From Thalia democratica (taxonomy: Eukaryota): a stretch of 64,000 nt of DNA. Where the stretch lies: assembly GCA_965202585.1 (NCBI GenBank), contig OZ241826.1, forward strand, positions 13,330,001 to 13,394,000, read 5' to 3'. The notes under the pieces were generated by a model, which searched no databases, was not told the DNA's origin, and saw only the letters and a program-made list of their open reading frames with translations. The position numbers and the translations under genes were made by a program. This document shows, piece after piece, positions 1-14,100 of the stretch (position 1 is its first letter; every line of letters begins with the position of its first letter).

Positions 1-55
1 AAATCACATTAATATTTCAATCAACATGTTTTGTTTATATATTATAGAAAATTTT

Positions 56-260
56 AATCCATAGTAAACGACAAACACTTGTTTAGTTTTATTTTAATTT
101 TTATTTACCACAGTTTTAAAGCATTTTTTGTGTAACAAAAACATTTGTACATTTTTTAATTTTAGATTAAATCCAGAGTAAACGACAAACATTTGTTTAG
201 TTTTATTTTAATTTTTATTTACCATAGTTTTAAAGCATTTGTTGTGTAATAAAAACATTT
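56..260. repeat. Direct duplication, ~115-bp period
   Basis: aatcc(at/ag)agtaaacgacaaaca(c/t)ttgtttagtttt... starts at ~56 and ~171. Confidence 0.8.
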
Positions 261-1139
261 TATTTATAAGTATTTAACATTAATTTTGTCAGTGCAGTTG
301 TCAATGTGAGTTTTTTAGATTAAAGTAAAAGCTTTAAAAATATTTTTTTGTTTTAATTTAGATCTTATTTGTTTGTTTTTTACTTACTTATTATTTAAAA
401 AGTTTTATTAATTTTATGGTGGTACAATTAAACATATTTTAACTAATTTAATGTACCAAATTAAGTGAATATGACTTTTTTTTGTTGCACTATATTGTTT
501 TCTAAAAGCCATGAGTTTATGTATATATACATATGTTCAATGACTATTGGCAATTATGTTCTATTTAATTACTATGAGAAAATCTTTTTTAAAGCTTTAA
601 GAATAAAAAAAAGATTGTATCAGCAGTTTGAGTTTTTTTTTATTGCTGCAAAATATAAAACAAAATTTTGCAACCTTTTAATCTTGGAATTTACCTCAAA
701 ATGGAAAACACCAAATAAATAACTTTATGATTTGATTTTGTGTAGGTGTTTTTATTTGCAAAATTTTTTGGAGAATGTTTTTCAATGTTTACCCAATGTG
801 TTTTGTGAATAGCTATCAAAAAAACTAACAATTAAATATTTAAAAAAAGATTCCCATCTTAAAAGTATATGATTAAAAGAAAACTACATAACAAATTGAT
901 TTCATTGATTTCGTTCTATTTTTAGTTGAAAAGTTAAATTTAAAACTCTCAATTTGATTAGCGCTTTAAAAATTTATTTTCGTGAATTCTTTAAACTGTA
1001 AGTGCTGCAATTAAAAAAGATGCAAAAAAAAAATATCCTAAACCACTACAAGTGCAATAAATTTGAGAAAATCTTGAGAAAACTTCGCAACCGAAAACAG
1101 GCTGATTAATGAAATGAATGTTTGCTTTGTGAGAACACT

Positions 1140-1890
1140 TGCTGCAAACATTTTGTACCGATTGCAGTAAGATTTAAGCGAATGTGATTGGGTAAAATTG
1201 CTAAAAATACACCACAAGTTTTGTGATTATATTATTTTGATTTTCTTGCTTCAGTACAAATAAAAATTTTGAATGTATAGTTGATAAAAGGTATAATTAC
1301 TGATTCAAGTTTCAATATTAAACTGTAAACATTGGTTGCAGAAACTTTTGTATCAGAGACTGTAATTTGATATTTTGTTAAAAATTATCACCAATTTTTA
1401 AGATTTGTTTTGATTACTTATATATATTTTTAAACATTTAAAACCAGTTCAAATGATTAAGAATACTTTTAATATAATTATAATTATATTAGTATGTGAG
1501 AAAAATTCTGCAAAAACTTTGAACTTATTGCAGAAAATTTTGTATAAGCAAATGGGATAAGATAAGAAAATATACCAAAAGTTTTAGTGGTTGTTTCTTT
1601 TAAAATAAATTTTTATTTTTAGTATTAAAGCTAATATTAATACCACATATATATTTTAATATTTTTGCAAATATATATTTTTTGATTGCAGAACTAATTT
1701 TTGTATATGTGAATGTTGACTTGATGAATTACTTAAAATACAATTTTCTTATGAGTGGTTTTTCGGTTTTAGTTATAACAGAAATCTAAAATAAAATAAG
1801 TTTGATATAGTTATTTTTATTAGTAAAATAACTAGGAAAGCTCATGCAAGCAATTTTGCAATGACTGCAGAATGTTTTGTATAAGGAAAC
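1140..1890. repeat. Degenerate ~160-195-bp tandem repeat
   Basis: Recurrent TGCAGAA...TTTTGTAT core at ~1141, 1337, 1528, 1686, 1866. Confidence 0.5.
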
Positions 1891-4881
1891 AGTTATATAT
1901 AATCACATAAAAAAAATTAAAAGTTATGCAAAAAAGTTTTAGGTTCAAATGATTTAAATAAGATTCTTAGAAAAATTATGTTCTGAAGTTCACTTCCTTT
2001 TTTTCTATAGTATTAGTTATAACAACAAATTATTTATATATACATTATTAGTTTTAAAAGTAAAAATCATCTTAAGTTTGTGGTTCATTAGTTTTCTCCT
2101 TACATAAAAAATTTTCCTTTGCTACATATTTTTCATAAATATTTACAACAAATTGCTACATGATTTCTAAATTAAGCATAATTTAATAGCTTAATTGGTC
2201 TAAAATATAATTTTAAATGATCTCTTACACAGATTTGATATAGTGTTACATTATTATAATATTCTAATGTATTGAATTAGCAATTTAATCTATATGAATT
2301 ACAAAGTGCCTTCTATAATTATACCATTAATTTTTTTGGTCTACAATATATTAGTAAAAGTACGTTTTCAGAACAAAATTAAATGAAAAGTTCATGGTGC
2401 TTATCTTCTTTTATAATTAGTTTGTTACACAATAATATAAAATTCGTTTAATTAAGTTAATGTTTTAAGTTTAAGTTTATAATAATTGCATTCTAAACTT
2501 TAGATATCAAGTACTGTAGTTGAATTTAATTACAGGAAAAAAACATTACAAAATACATTGATTGATTTTAGTGTTTTGATCTAACAAAACTTGAATTTTA
2601 ATTTTTTAATTGTAGCTATCAATCAAATTATCATTGCAATAAATTAAAAAAAACAATTTATTTACTAAGTGTTATCTCAATATGTATCCGTTATAAATGT
2701 TTATTAATGTATTTGTTTTTTCTCAAAATAATGTGTTGACAATTTTTAGAGCCATTCTTAACAATAAAGTAAATATATCAGCTGTCTCTAAATTTTAAGA
2801 TGATTTATTTTATAAGATTGAAATAATTTTAAATTGTGAAATATTTTACTTTTTTCAGTCATTTTCTACTTTTTTTTGTGTTTGCTAGTGGTGGACACAA
2901 TTTTTTACATAATAAATTTGTAATTTAATGAAAATTGTTATTAATCATCTTAATTGACATAAGATAAATTAGATGATTAATTTTATTTAAGCTTGTAATT
3001 TTTTCTATTTATTTCTGTGATAAAAAAGCAATTGATTTAAAAGTAAATTATATATGATTTTATCATTTCAACTACTGTTAATACAGTATTGTTGTAAATT
3101 ATAATAAAAAAATATTTTTTATCTTAACTTTCCTAATCAAAACACTATGTATACATAAAAGCTTTGAATTTCAAAATCTAATACTTTTAACCTCAGAATT
3201 TAACTTTAAAATCTTATTGTATTTAAGTCAGCTTTTTTAAACGAATAAATTTTAAATTTGGTAATTAAATACCTAAAGTTTTTCTGTTGTGTACAAATGA
3301 AAATACTTTTCGATAAATTTTATACTAATTTTTTTTTGAGATATTAATTTAGTATAGAAATAGATGTAGAACATTAAACAATTTATTTATCAACAACATA
3401 AATAAAAAAAATATTTAAACTCCAATAACATCCTCAATTGACACATTTTTCCGTTTTTTAACACATTTATATTTCAGTTAGTTAATTTCTTTGATCACGA
3501 CACATGTTTAATTGACATGTTGTTTTCTAACGTTTTTAAATTAAATAAAAATGGTGATTCATTAAATTTAATTATTATTTTGCAAAAACATTTTTTTTTG
3601 TAAACAACATAAAAACTATGTTTTTAGAATAAATAAAAACGATGATTCATTTGGTTCTAAGTATAATTTATTTTTGTAACAAATTAATATTATTCAAACA
3701 TAAAAACCGGGTTCTAACTAACAATAAAGGTCACTTGATTTCATACAAAATTAAATTAGTTTTTAAAAATTTTAAAAGTTTGCTTACAAACAAGTTGATT
3801 ATCCATAACTAATTGTAAATATTTTTCACTTGGTTTAACTTTTGTACTTTTATTAAACTTTGGTTCAATTTTAGGTAATTTATAAATGTTGACAATTTAA
3901 TTGTTTTTCATTTTAGCATACTTTTTGTAATAAAGCAGTTATTGCTTAACTATTTTTCTTAATTTTTATTTTGAGTTTTACGTTTCTTTAATGTTGAAAT
4001 AACCTCTTAGTTGGTTTAACTTACTTTTAATAAAATGATCATGAGAATTAAACTTTTCAATTTATGAAGCTAAAAAGTTCTGTAAACTTATCTGTTTTAT
4101 TTTCAGTAACTAATACTTATTAAACGTTTGACAACTTAATTTCAACCATAAATTAATGTTTCAAAGTGCATTAAAGATTTGATGTTTATATATAGATTTA
4201 TATGAACATGTATGAGGTATTACAAGTACAAAAATTCAGGCTGTTTTGAACTTATAAAATCAACGGAATTAGACTAAACCTAGTTTGATGTAAATCAGGC
4301 TTGCTTTTTAATCTTAAAGAGTGGCAACCCTTCCAGACATCCTTTTATTTGTAGTTTAATATTTCCAGTTACATTAATGTTCATTTTTATTTTTAAACTA
4401 GCTTTGATTTAACTGTAAAAACAAAAAAACAAAAGAAACTTTAAAAAACAATTTATTAAAAAGTTCTATTTGTATTTACTTACAAACTCGTTTTTAACTT
4501 AGACCTGGCCACTGAAGTTATACACCTTGTTTTTTATTAAGTTCTTGAACCGTACATTATAATTATTATAAAGATTGTTTTTAGTAATATTGATTCTCTA
4601 CTAACAATTGTGCACTAACGTTTCCTAAGTTTTTAAATCCGATTTGTTTGCGAATAGTTTTAGAATAATAATAGTTGTAATGAAAAATTATGAAGGTATC
4701 AGTCTAAATGGCTAATATTATATAAACTGTTTTACACTTTTATTACAAAAATTTAATTGTTTATTGAATGACAATACATTTATATGAAGAAAGTTGTAAT
4801 GAAAAATTATAAAGGTATTAATATATTTGTACTTCGACTGTTTAAATACTTTCAAAACAATTTTTTTTTATTAACCAACAG

Positions 4882-5157
4882 AAACTGAGCATCCGAAAGT
4901 GGTTCAGCAAATAGACGAGCAGAACCAGCTCAAGAGGGAACAGGAACAGAAGAACCACGTTGCGAACAAGAACCATATTGATAAGAACCATTTTGAAAAG
5001 TACCACGTAGACAAGAGCTATGACAAAAACCATTTGGACAAGAACCATTTGGACAAGAACCACGTTGATAAGAACCATGTACAGCAGGAACCGATGAAAC
5101 ACAGTAAAAAGCACCACAAGAACAAAATACACATCAAGGAACAACAACTGATAGGAG
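4882..5157 (+). CDS. ATXN7: ATXN7-like exon with (D/E)KNH(V/L/I) pentapeptide repeats
   Basis: caacag acceptor, open frame of track ORF 4899-5171, phase-1 donor GTAAAA matching the next exon. Confidence 0.8.
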
Positions 5158-8100
5158 GTAAAACGACTTAGGATAATTTCGTTAATGAAAAGTAAAATAA
5201 ATCATGTATTTACAAAAAGTTCTTATATATGAGGTAATAGAAAATTTGTTTAACTCACTTTATTTTCGTTCAATTTAATACAACTCTGGCCTACGCCTTA
5301 ATATAGCTAACATAATTACTTATATTTGAGGATTTTAACAAGTAAATTTATAATGGCAATAAGCATTTTAACATAAAAATAAAAAACAAGTTGTACATTG
5401 CAGGAGGTATTTTATAAATATAATTATATATATTTATGACTTACTTTAACAAAATTTTTTCAAGACCCTACTTACATTAGAAAATTAAACTATCATATAT
5501 AGCTTAGCAGATTTTGTTACAAAACCATCAATAAACTTAATTAATTTTTCTAATAGGTAAAGAGAAACATCACAAAAAGGACAAGACGAAAAAGAAAGAA
5601 AAGAAGCGGCATTTAAACCAATCAGAAGCCTCGTACAAAAGTTCAGGGGACATCCCTTCAAAACCCCCCTTCAAGAGGGAAGTAACCCCGGAGAGGAACC
5701 CGGTTGCCAGGGAAACGCCTCCCGTCACCCCCATCAAGATCAAGCTGAAGCCAAACAACGCGGCGGGGGCGGCAGTAGTTAAAAAAATCCCCTTCGGCGG
5801 AAAACCCTCACCGTCACCGCGGAATCACTCTAGCGTAACGACTCCAACGAAACCCAATCAGGTTGTTTCCCCAAAAGTGGTCGCCAAGCAACGAGATGTG
5901 ACAAAGCACCGCCACAGTGACGTCATAAAGTCGCCGCTGACGTCATCAACCGAAGTTAGTGGCGGGAAAAAGAACAAGTCTCACAGCGGGGGAATTTTGG
6001 GAAAGGTGGGAAGGGAGTTTCAGAGCAAGAAGAAGTTGATTTCCAGTCCACCCCACAGAAACCATGACAACAAGGAAAGCAATCACCATGGTAACAATAA
6101 GGATTACAAGGTCAACCCCCAGCACCAGAGTCATCAGGGGATCAATCTGCTGAACAGCAGAAAGAGACCTGCCGCTTTGGAAAGGTGACATTTGATTCTA
6201 GCATTAAAAAATCTTTTATTGTCTTATTGACAGCAATACAGGAATCAGTTTTGATTTTACTTCAAAAATAAATGTTTAAACCAGTGGTTTTTAACCTTTT
6301 TTCATGTTTACCCCTTTTTTGAAGGTAATCACTAAGTTTACCCGTAATTTACAAGATAGTGTTTACATTTTGAGGCAAAAAATAGATTTTTTGAATCTTG
6401 AGAGTATATAATATAAAAATTGTAAACTTAAAGAATTCATTTAATTTTAAATAATTACATTTAAAAACTAACTTATAAACTAAAAAAGATAATTAATAAA
6501 GATTAATTTATACAACTTGTAATAAAAATAAACCCTAAAACAAGGGAATTTAGAACCACTAGCTTAAACTTTATCATCAAATTTGATAGTTAGTTTTTTT
6601 TCAAATTTTTTGTTCAATTGTTATTAATGTTTTTGGAGTTTATTTTATTTCTTTAAATGTTTTATCAACTTTCAGTTCAAGTGACGTCACTCAACCCAAG
6701 AAACCGACTTCGCTCAGCAGAAACGGGTTTTACCCTGAACCAAAAAAACTCCCCGAAACCAAGAAACACTTAATTAGCGACATCAAGAAGAAAAACTCCC
6801 CAACGACCCAAAAAGTTCCCCACCAGTTTCCCCATGGTAACAAGATACGCCGGGCCCATAGCAACCAGAACAAAGCTCCCACGGAAGGTTTAATAATGCC
6901 CACCAAGGTTGAGCCCTACAGAAATGCGCCCCAAAAAGCCCCTAATTCGGTACCGACTAAAACAAAAAGTTTGCACCAGAAGCTGGGTATTTCCCAAAAC
7001 AGTAATTCGTCCAGGATGTCAAATCACCATGGTAACAAGCACCACATGTTGGGGCAGGGTTCCGGGATGCAGAAGGTTGTCAAGAAGCAGTCCCCTTCAC
7101 TGCAGTTGCCTAGCAACAACAACAAGTTGCCTAGCAACAACATTAAATTGCCTAGCAACAATAATAAATTGCCTAGCAACAATAATAAATTGCCTAGCAA
7201 CAATATTAAGCTGTCTAGCAACAATTTGGTTGCTAAGCACAACAGTCACGTGGTTAACCATCAAGAGATCAAGAAAGAAAAGTTGAGTTTGAATAATTCA
7301 TCACCTCACACAGGTTTGTTTATAAGTTACCTTTTATATACAATATATTATATAAGTATATATACAAATATGTACTGTTTTAATCCCTTTTCTTATATTA
7401 ATAACTTTTTTATAAGTTAAATTAACGAACAATTTAAATGTTCTTTTATTTATAATTAAATTTATACATAAAGTACTACTTAAATTTTTGAAATGTTTAT
7501 TGATTTATTTAGTATTGTTAATTAAATTTATCAAACTTAACAGCCGCCCAATCGCCACGCCTCAACTTTATGTCGTCACAATCGTCGCAGCAAACCGATT
7601 GCTCCTCCCCGACTTCCAGTATTCTATCAGGGACTTCCCCTAAAAACATGTCACCTCTCGTGACGTCACAGAGGAGCTTGAATGACGTCACGACGAGAAA
7701 CATGAACCCGAACCTAATGAAGCAGAAAGTCATCCCGTTGAAAGGTTGGGGAGAATTACTTTATACTTGTTTTTAGCTTTCATACCTATTTATATACTCA
7801 TTAGCTGTTTATAATTTATTCTTTCACGAATTTATTGTCTTGAAATAAATTCTTGAAAATATTCATTACTAAGTTTCGGTCAAAGACCTCGTCAGTGCTT
7901 AAATAAATCTTATTAAAATAGAATAATTCTATAGAAATAGGATATTTCTCCTCCAGTAGTTGAGATCTCTCTATTTGTTTTCTTAAAGCCAAAACATATA
8001 ATACTAATTTATTATGTTATAAAAATATTATGGTTAAAGTTCTTTTTATAACTTTTTTTTCTTGAGAAACTTAAATGTACAGCTTAAGCCTTTTGAGTAT

Positions 8101-11100
8101 GTAATGTGTTAAGACTTAAGGTACTCTTGATATTTTAATTTCAAATGTCTATAAGTCTCATTAGATGGCCTCAAGAATCAATTTCTAATAGTAATCTAGG
8201 TACTGTTTTTGCAAGAAATTAGTTGCTAATAAGCATTTCTAATATAAAAACTAAGTACAGTATGTTGAAATATGCAATCCTCGGACTAGCTTTTTTGTTC
8301 TTTTTGCCCGAGAGCTTATCCTATGAATGTTTGTTTAAGTTTTTCACTGTAAATTTTAGTTAAAGTCTTTTGTTGTGCAAAAGCTATACTATAATAATGT
8401 TTGACTTTAAAAATTAAATATTACTGTATATTGTTTTTCCTTGGTCCTACTCTAAAATTAATTTTAATATAATTTGTTTTAATTCTCTCTTTTTTGTACT
8501 TTTTGTATCCAGGAAATAATAAACCCATAAGAAAAACCAAATGGATTGCATTATCAAGTAAGAATGTTTAATTGATTTGTACTTAAAATTTGTGTTAGTA
8601 ATAATATTGTGGTTATATTATTACTATTATAAAATTAGTAACTACTAACTAATTTGAACAAGTAGTTGTTGTACGTAATCTTTTGAGTATTGATGATCTG
8701 TGGCAAGGACACTTCCAAAGTGAAACTTTGATATATACACCTAGTTCAATGCAAAGTTTTTTATAATTACGTTCATATTGTTCATATTTACATTCCAAAA
8801 ACTTATTATTACAGTTATTTTTTGCTAAAGTACACATTCTGAACACAGCAGCTACTCTATAGAAAGTTTGTAACTATGAATAACTAGTCTACATAAAATC
8901 GAAACTTGACAGAAAGTTTTTATTTTGGTTCAAAATTGTGTACTGAATAAGAAGTGTGTACTAAAATGCGTACTACTCAAAATAAGTGAACTAAATACGT
9001 ATTTATCAAATATGCTTAATCTAAATTCTAAATGATAAATAATGGGAGAAATAAATGAAAGTGCATACTTAAAACGCGTACTTGAGAAGTAGGTAAAACT
9101 TAGACTAAAATTATATATATATACATATTTCTTAATGTAGAGCTAGAATACGACACGGACTAACATCACGGAGTATTTATATAAATTTTAGTATATTTAT
9201 TTTAATGTATTTGTAAATATGTAATGTATTCTATCAACTAATATATTTTTTCATTATATCAGAAAGAGAATACGATGCGGACAAACATTGCGGAGTTCAA
9301 CTTACGGGAGAACCCAGATGTTTGAGAAGTCTGACTTGTAAAACTCATACAATTACTTTGAAGAGAGCTGTTAGAGGTAGTTTGTCAAAAATAGTTATTA
9401 TAATGAAATATATTATTTGTGCAAACTTGCAAGAAACACACTATTACTCTGAAGAGATCAGTTAGAGGTTTTTTTATTTTTAAATATATTAAACATTTTA
9501 CTACTTATTTTTACTTGCAAAACACATACTATCACTCTGAAGAGAAGTGTTAGAGGTTAATTAAAAAGTATAATAAGTTTCAACTGATTATATTTGTTTA
9601 CGTTAACTTTCAAGACTCACAATGTTGCTATAAAAATAATTATAAAAGAGTATTTGTTTCTAGTTTATTTATGCATATTAAATTTAATGTTAACTACAAG
9701 TAGCAAGACACAAAAGTACTTTGAATAGATCTGTTAATGGTTATATATAATTATAGATTCAACAATATTGTTTAAGTCTAGTTAAACATTTGTTTACCAA
9801 ACTAATTTATATTTATTTATCAACAGATCGATCCAAATCATTCGATGAACTGTTGGCGGAATCTCGCGCAAGAACGCATCAAATGAAGAAGATCAGAGAT
9901 GAGCACAAGATCAAGATTAGTCAGGAAAAGTACAAGGGTGGGAAAGGGAGTGGGAGTCCTTATATGGGTTTGTAATTTGATAGTAGGTATATTATAACAA
10001 TGTTAACAAACATTTTGAATAAATTTCTTAAAAATAGAGATCCATATCTCGTAAAAATTAAAATACTCTCGTAATTATCAAAATAGTTAGTGTATAAACA
10101 CTTAAGATTAGTCAGGAAAAGTACAAGGGTGGGAAAGGGAGTGGGAGTCCTTATATGGGTTTGTAAATTGATAGTAGGTATATTATAACAATGTTAACAA
10201 ACATTTTAAATAAATTTCTTAAAATTTGAGATCCATATCTCGTAAAAATTAAAATATTCTCGTAATTATCAAAATAGTTAGTGTATAAACACTTAAGATT
10301 AGTCAGGAAAAGTACAAGGGTGGGAAAGGAAGTGGAAGTCCTTATATGGGTATGTTGATTTTTATTACATTTCAAACTTTCAAACAATTTGAGGTCTCTA
10401 GCTCAGAAGAGAGTAGTATTAAGGGGTCTGATAGTCTTTTCGTGTGTTAGTAAATTGATGCTTGGCATTTAATGAAAATATAAAAATACTTAAGATAAGT
10501 CAGGAGAAATTAAATGGTTTAAAAAGTAGTGGGAGTTCTTGTATGGGTATGTTTACTTAAGTAAATGTATTTTGCCTTTTTAAGAAGTATTCTAACTGTT
10601 TTAGGAGCTTTTCTGAACATTAGAGATCTCTAGCTTAGAAAGTATAAAAGTAGTTAATTTTTTTATTACAAGATTAGTGTAAAAGGATCAGGTCTTTATA
10701 TGGCTTAGTAAACTTTTACTAGGTATTTTCGTATACTGTAGACTTACAAAATATTAAAAAAATAGAGTTGGTAGTTTTTGTTTGAGCATGTTGATTGTTT
10801 ATTCTAGATTTGTGTGTAAAGTGAAAAGGATAACTGGATCTAGAAATCCTTGTTTTTGTATGTTGGTAGGTATATAAACTAAAACGTTTTATCAAGCTTG
10901 AAGATCACTGTATAAGTTTGCTGAAAGTCATTACAAAGTTTTTAAAGTTGATAAGTTTTTTGAAGCTATATATGGCAATAGACAATTACTAATATCTTTT
11001 GAACAGAAAATCATAAAAAGTTACTTGAAAAAATTATATAAGAAGATAGACCAGTACATGTACATTTTAATATAAATTTTATAAAATGAGCATATAAATT

Positions 11101-14100
11101 GCAACAAAGACAATGAACTCTTTCAACTTATTTGTTAAATTTAAAAACTGTTTGCATGAATTCAAAACCTGTTTAAATAAGTTGTCTTTTTCGTTCACAT
11201 TAGAACAAGTAGTATTTTTTAAATATCTTACATAATGTTTTTAACCATTACTACATAAAAACAAATCATGTGAGACTCTGTATCTAAAACATTTTAAAGT
11301 TAACAAAACATAATGTTGTAAAACTTTTTACATAGTTTTTGGTGTAATTATCTTATAAATTGTAAGTTTTCATGTAACATATAACAAAAACATGCTTTTT
11401 TTTGTTTGGTAAATTTAAAGATAAAAATTTGATTTATGTTTTAAATTAATATAAACTATTTATTTTTCTCTGATTTTTTGTTAACATGTTTTTTATTATA
11501 AAAATGAACGTACAAAAACTAAACTTTAAGATCTAAAGTCTGTATACAAATGAATAATTGATATTAAGAAAAAATAATTCAACAAGTGTTGTTGTATTTG
11601 TAAAATAAGATAGTTAAGTTTTGTGTTTTAAAAAGCAGCACAGATTTTACTTGTAATCTTATAAAACAAACACGAAAATCAAATTTTACTCAGAAATTAA
11701 ACCGCACATAGTTGTAACAAAATATGTTAGTTATATTTAACCATTTATCTAACTAAAGTTAGGATGTTTTATGCTGTAATCCAAAAGATATAATAATTTT
11801 GCAACCAATTTTTTACCTTGATTTAAATCAGTTTTACATTTTTTCAACTTCTTGATCTTAAACATGCATTTTAAAATTAAACTGTATGTATATATTTACT
11901 CATTTTACTAAAAACAAAAGAAAATCGAATTTGGTTTTTCCTTGTAAACAATTCAGTTAAACCAGTTTTTGTTGCATTTTTTGAAAATCATATTGTTTGT
12001 CATTAAGTACCAGTATTTAATTAACTTTAATAATATAAAAATTCCAAAATGACACTTAGCTTGAACTAAATCCCACCGGTTAATTTATAAATGCCTAATT
12101 AAACCAAATATCACGGAGGAAAAGCAAATAAAATTTCAACAATACCTAAAGTGTGTGAAAATTTCTGAAAACCTGTCAAATTAATATTTAAAAGTTTTTG
12201 TGGTTTTTTGTAAAAAGCAACTTAAAGTTAAAACCTCTTAAAAAATTATGTGTTTATAAGACATATGTTTGTCAATTAGGTATTGATTGAATAGAAAGTA
12301 TGTGAATTTCAAGAAGCTTTTTCTTTTATCTTATAATCTTGGATGACATTAATTTTCAGTAAATAAGCCTCTTTTTATGTATGGTTTTGTTTTTTTTTAC
12401 AAATTTTCTTTCCATTATAATTTTTAAGTATTTTCAGCACAAATCATTTTAAAAAGCAGTGAGAAAAAAGTAAATTTAAATTTTCCAAAGATATTTTAAC
12501 ATAAAATTTTTGTAATTTTAAAGCATGAAATTTTTTACTTAATTTAAATTTGTTTACAAAAATACACTAGTATTTAGTTTTTGTAAAAACCAAATCCAAT
12601 TTAAGTTTTTTATTCTAAGTCAATCTTCTTTAAAAACAGTATAAAGTTGAAAATTATTTTATTATATGGTGCTTTATTGAAAAAAAAGTTCTTGTTACAC
12701 GATTGTATAAAATTCGTTATAAATATAAAAAGTAATGGGTGTTATTTTGAAATATATGAAGTTAATTTCTACACCAATAAAAGTATCTTTTTTGATTAAT
12801 ATTAAAGTGTTTTATGTTTTTTTTTGTTTTACAAGTAACTTCTTACCTTCACAACTAAAACTCATTAGCATCACAATTTGCACATTAACTTTATTTGAAA
12901 ATTGCTTTGAGTAATTTTTAGAGTATATTTTTATGAAAATAAACTAGTTTTTACGTTTTATAAAATATATTCTTATTTCATGACATAATAAATAAAGTTT
13001 AACCTGGATATAATAAGTTCCGCACAAAACAAAATTAAAACAAAAACTCCACAAGGTAATTTCAAATTGTTTCGAACAAATTTTCGCTTCGTAATCCAAT
13101 TAACTTGTTTTTCTCTGTACAAGCTTGAAAACTTTCGTTTCCATTATAGTAAACATTCTATGTTTATATTTTCTTATTGTAAACTTGTATTTCAAGTTTT
13201 AGATTTAACCTTAAAAAAAACAGTACATGTTTAAAACTAATTTCACCAGAAGTTATAATAAAGCAAAACAGTGCTTCACTTTTAACTCACACTAGTAAAT
13301 AACAACAACAATAAACATTTACCAATAAAACATTATAAATTTGTAACGTTTAAACATTCATCTAAGGTTGACTTACATAAAATGAAAATATTTTGAACAT
13401 TTTAAGCTGAAGTGACGTAAAATCGGCAGGGTATGACGCAACAACATTTTGTTTTAAACGTAATAGGGTGATAAAAATGTAAAATATTACCTTACTTGAA
13501 TGATTATAAAATTTTGACGATAAAAAACAAATAAATAAGTAAAAAATTAAAGTTAAAGCAGAATTTTAATGGTTTTAGATTTGAATACTTTTACATAAGT
13601 TAAAGTGATATTAAGTAAAAAGTTAGTGTGTACTAAACAAATGTTAAGTATAGTATGAACCAAATCTTGTATTGTTAAATATTTATCACAAGTACACACT
13701 AACTTTTTACTTTAAATCACGTTAATTTATGTAAAAATAATTAAATCTAAAAACATTAAAATTCTGCTTTAACATTAATTTTTTACTTATTTATTTGTTT
13801 TTTATCGTCAAAATTTTATAATCATTCAAGTAAGGTAATATTTTACATTTTTATCACCCTATTACGTTTAAAACAAAATGTTGTTGCGTCATACCCTGCC
13901 GATTTTACGTCACTTCAGCTTAAAATGTTCAAAATATTTTCATTTTTTGTAAGTATATCCTGGATATATGATCTTAATTATGATTTCATTAATAAATAAC
14001 ATTGTTAGAGTGTACTTCAGGTAAAAATTCAAAATTTTGTTTATAAAAATGTATACATTGAACAATTTATTATATTTAATATACTCTAACAGGGTTAAAA

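Noticed and set aside
4842-7733. Minus-strand and alternative-frame ORFs overlapping ATXN7 exons (4842-5147, 5570-5758, 5946-6191, 6909-7286, 7024-7242, 7518-7733)
   Set aside because: Shadow ORFs of GC-rich repetitive exons, with no independent splice or homology support.
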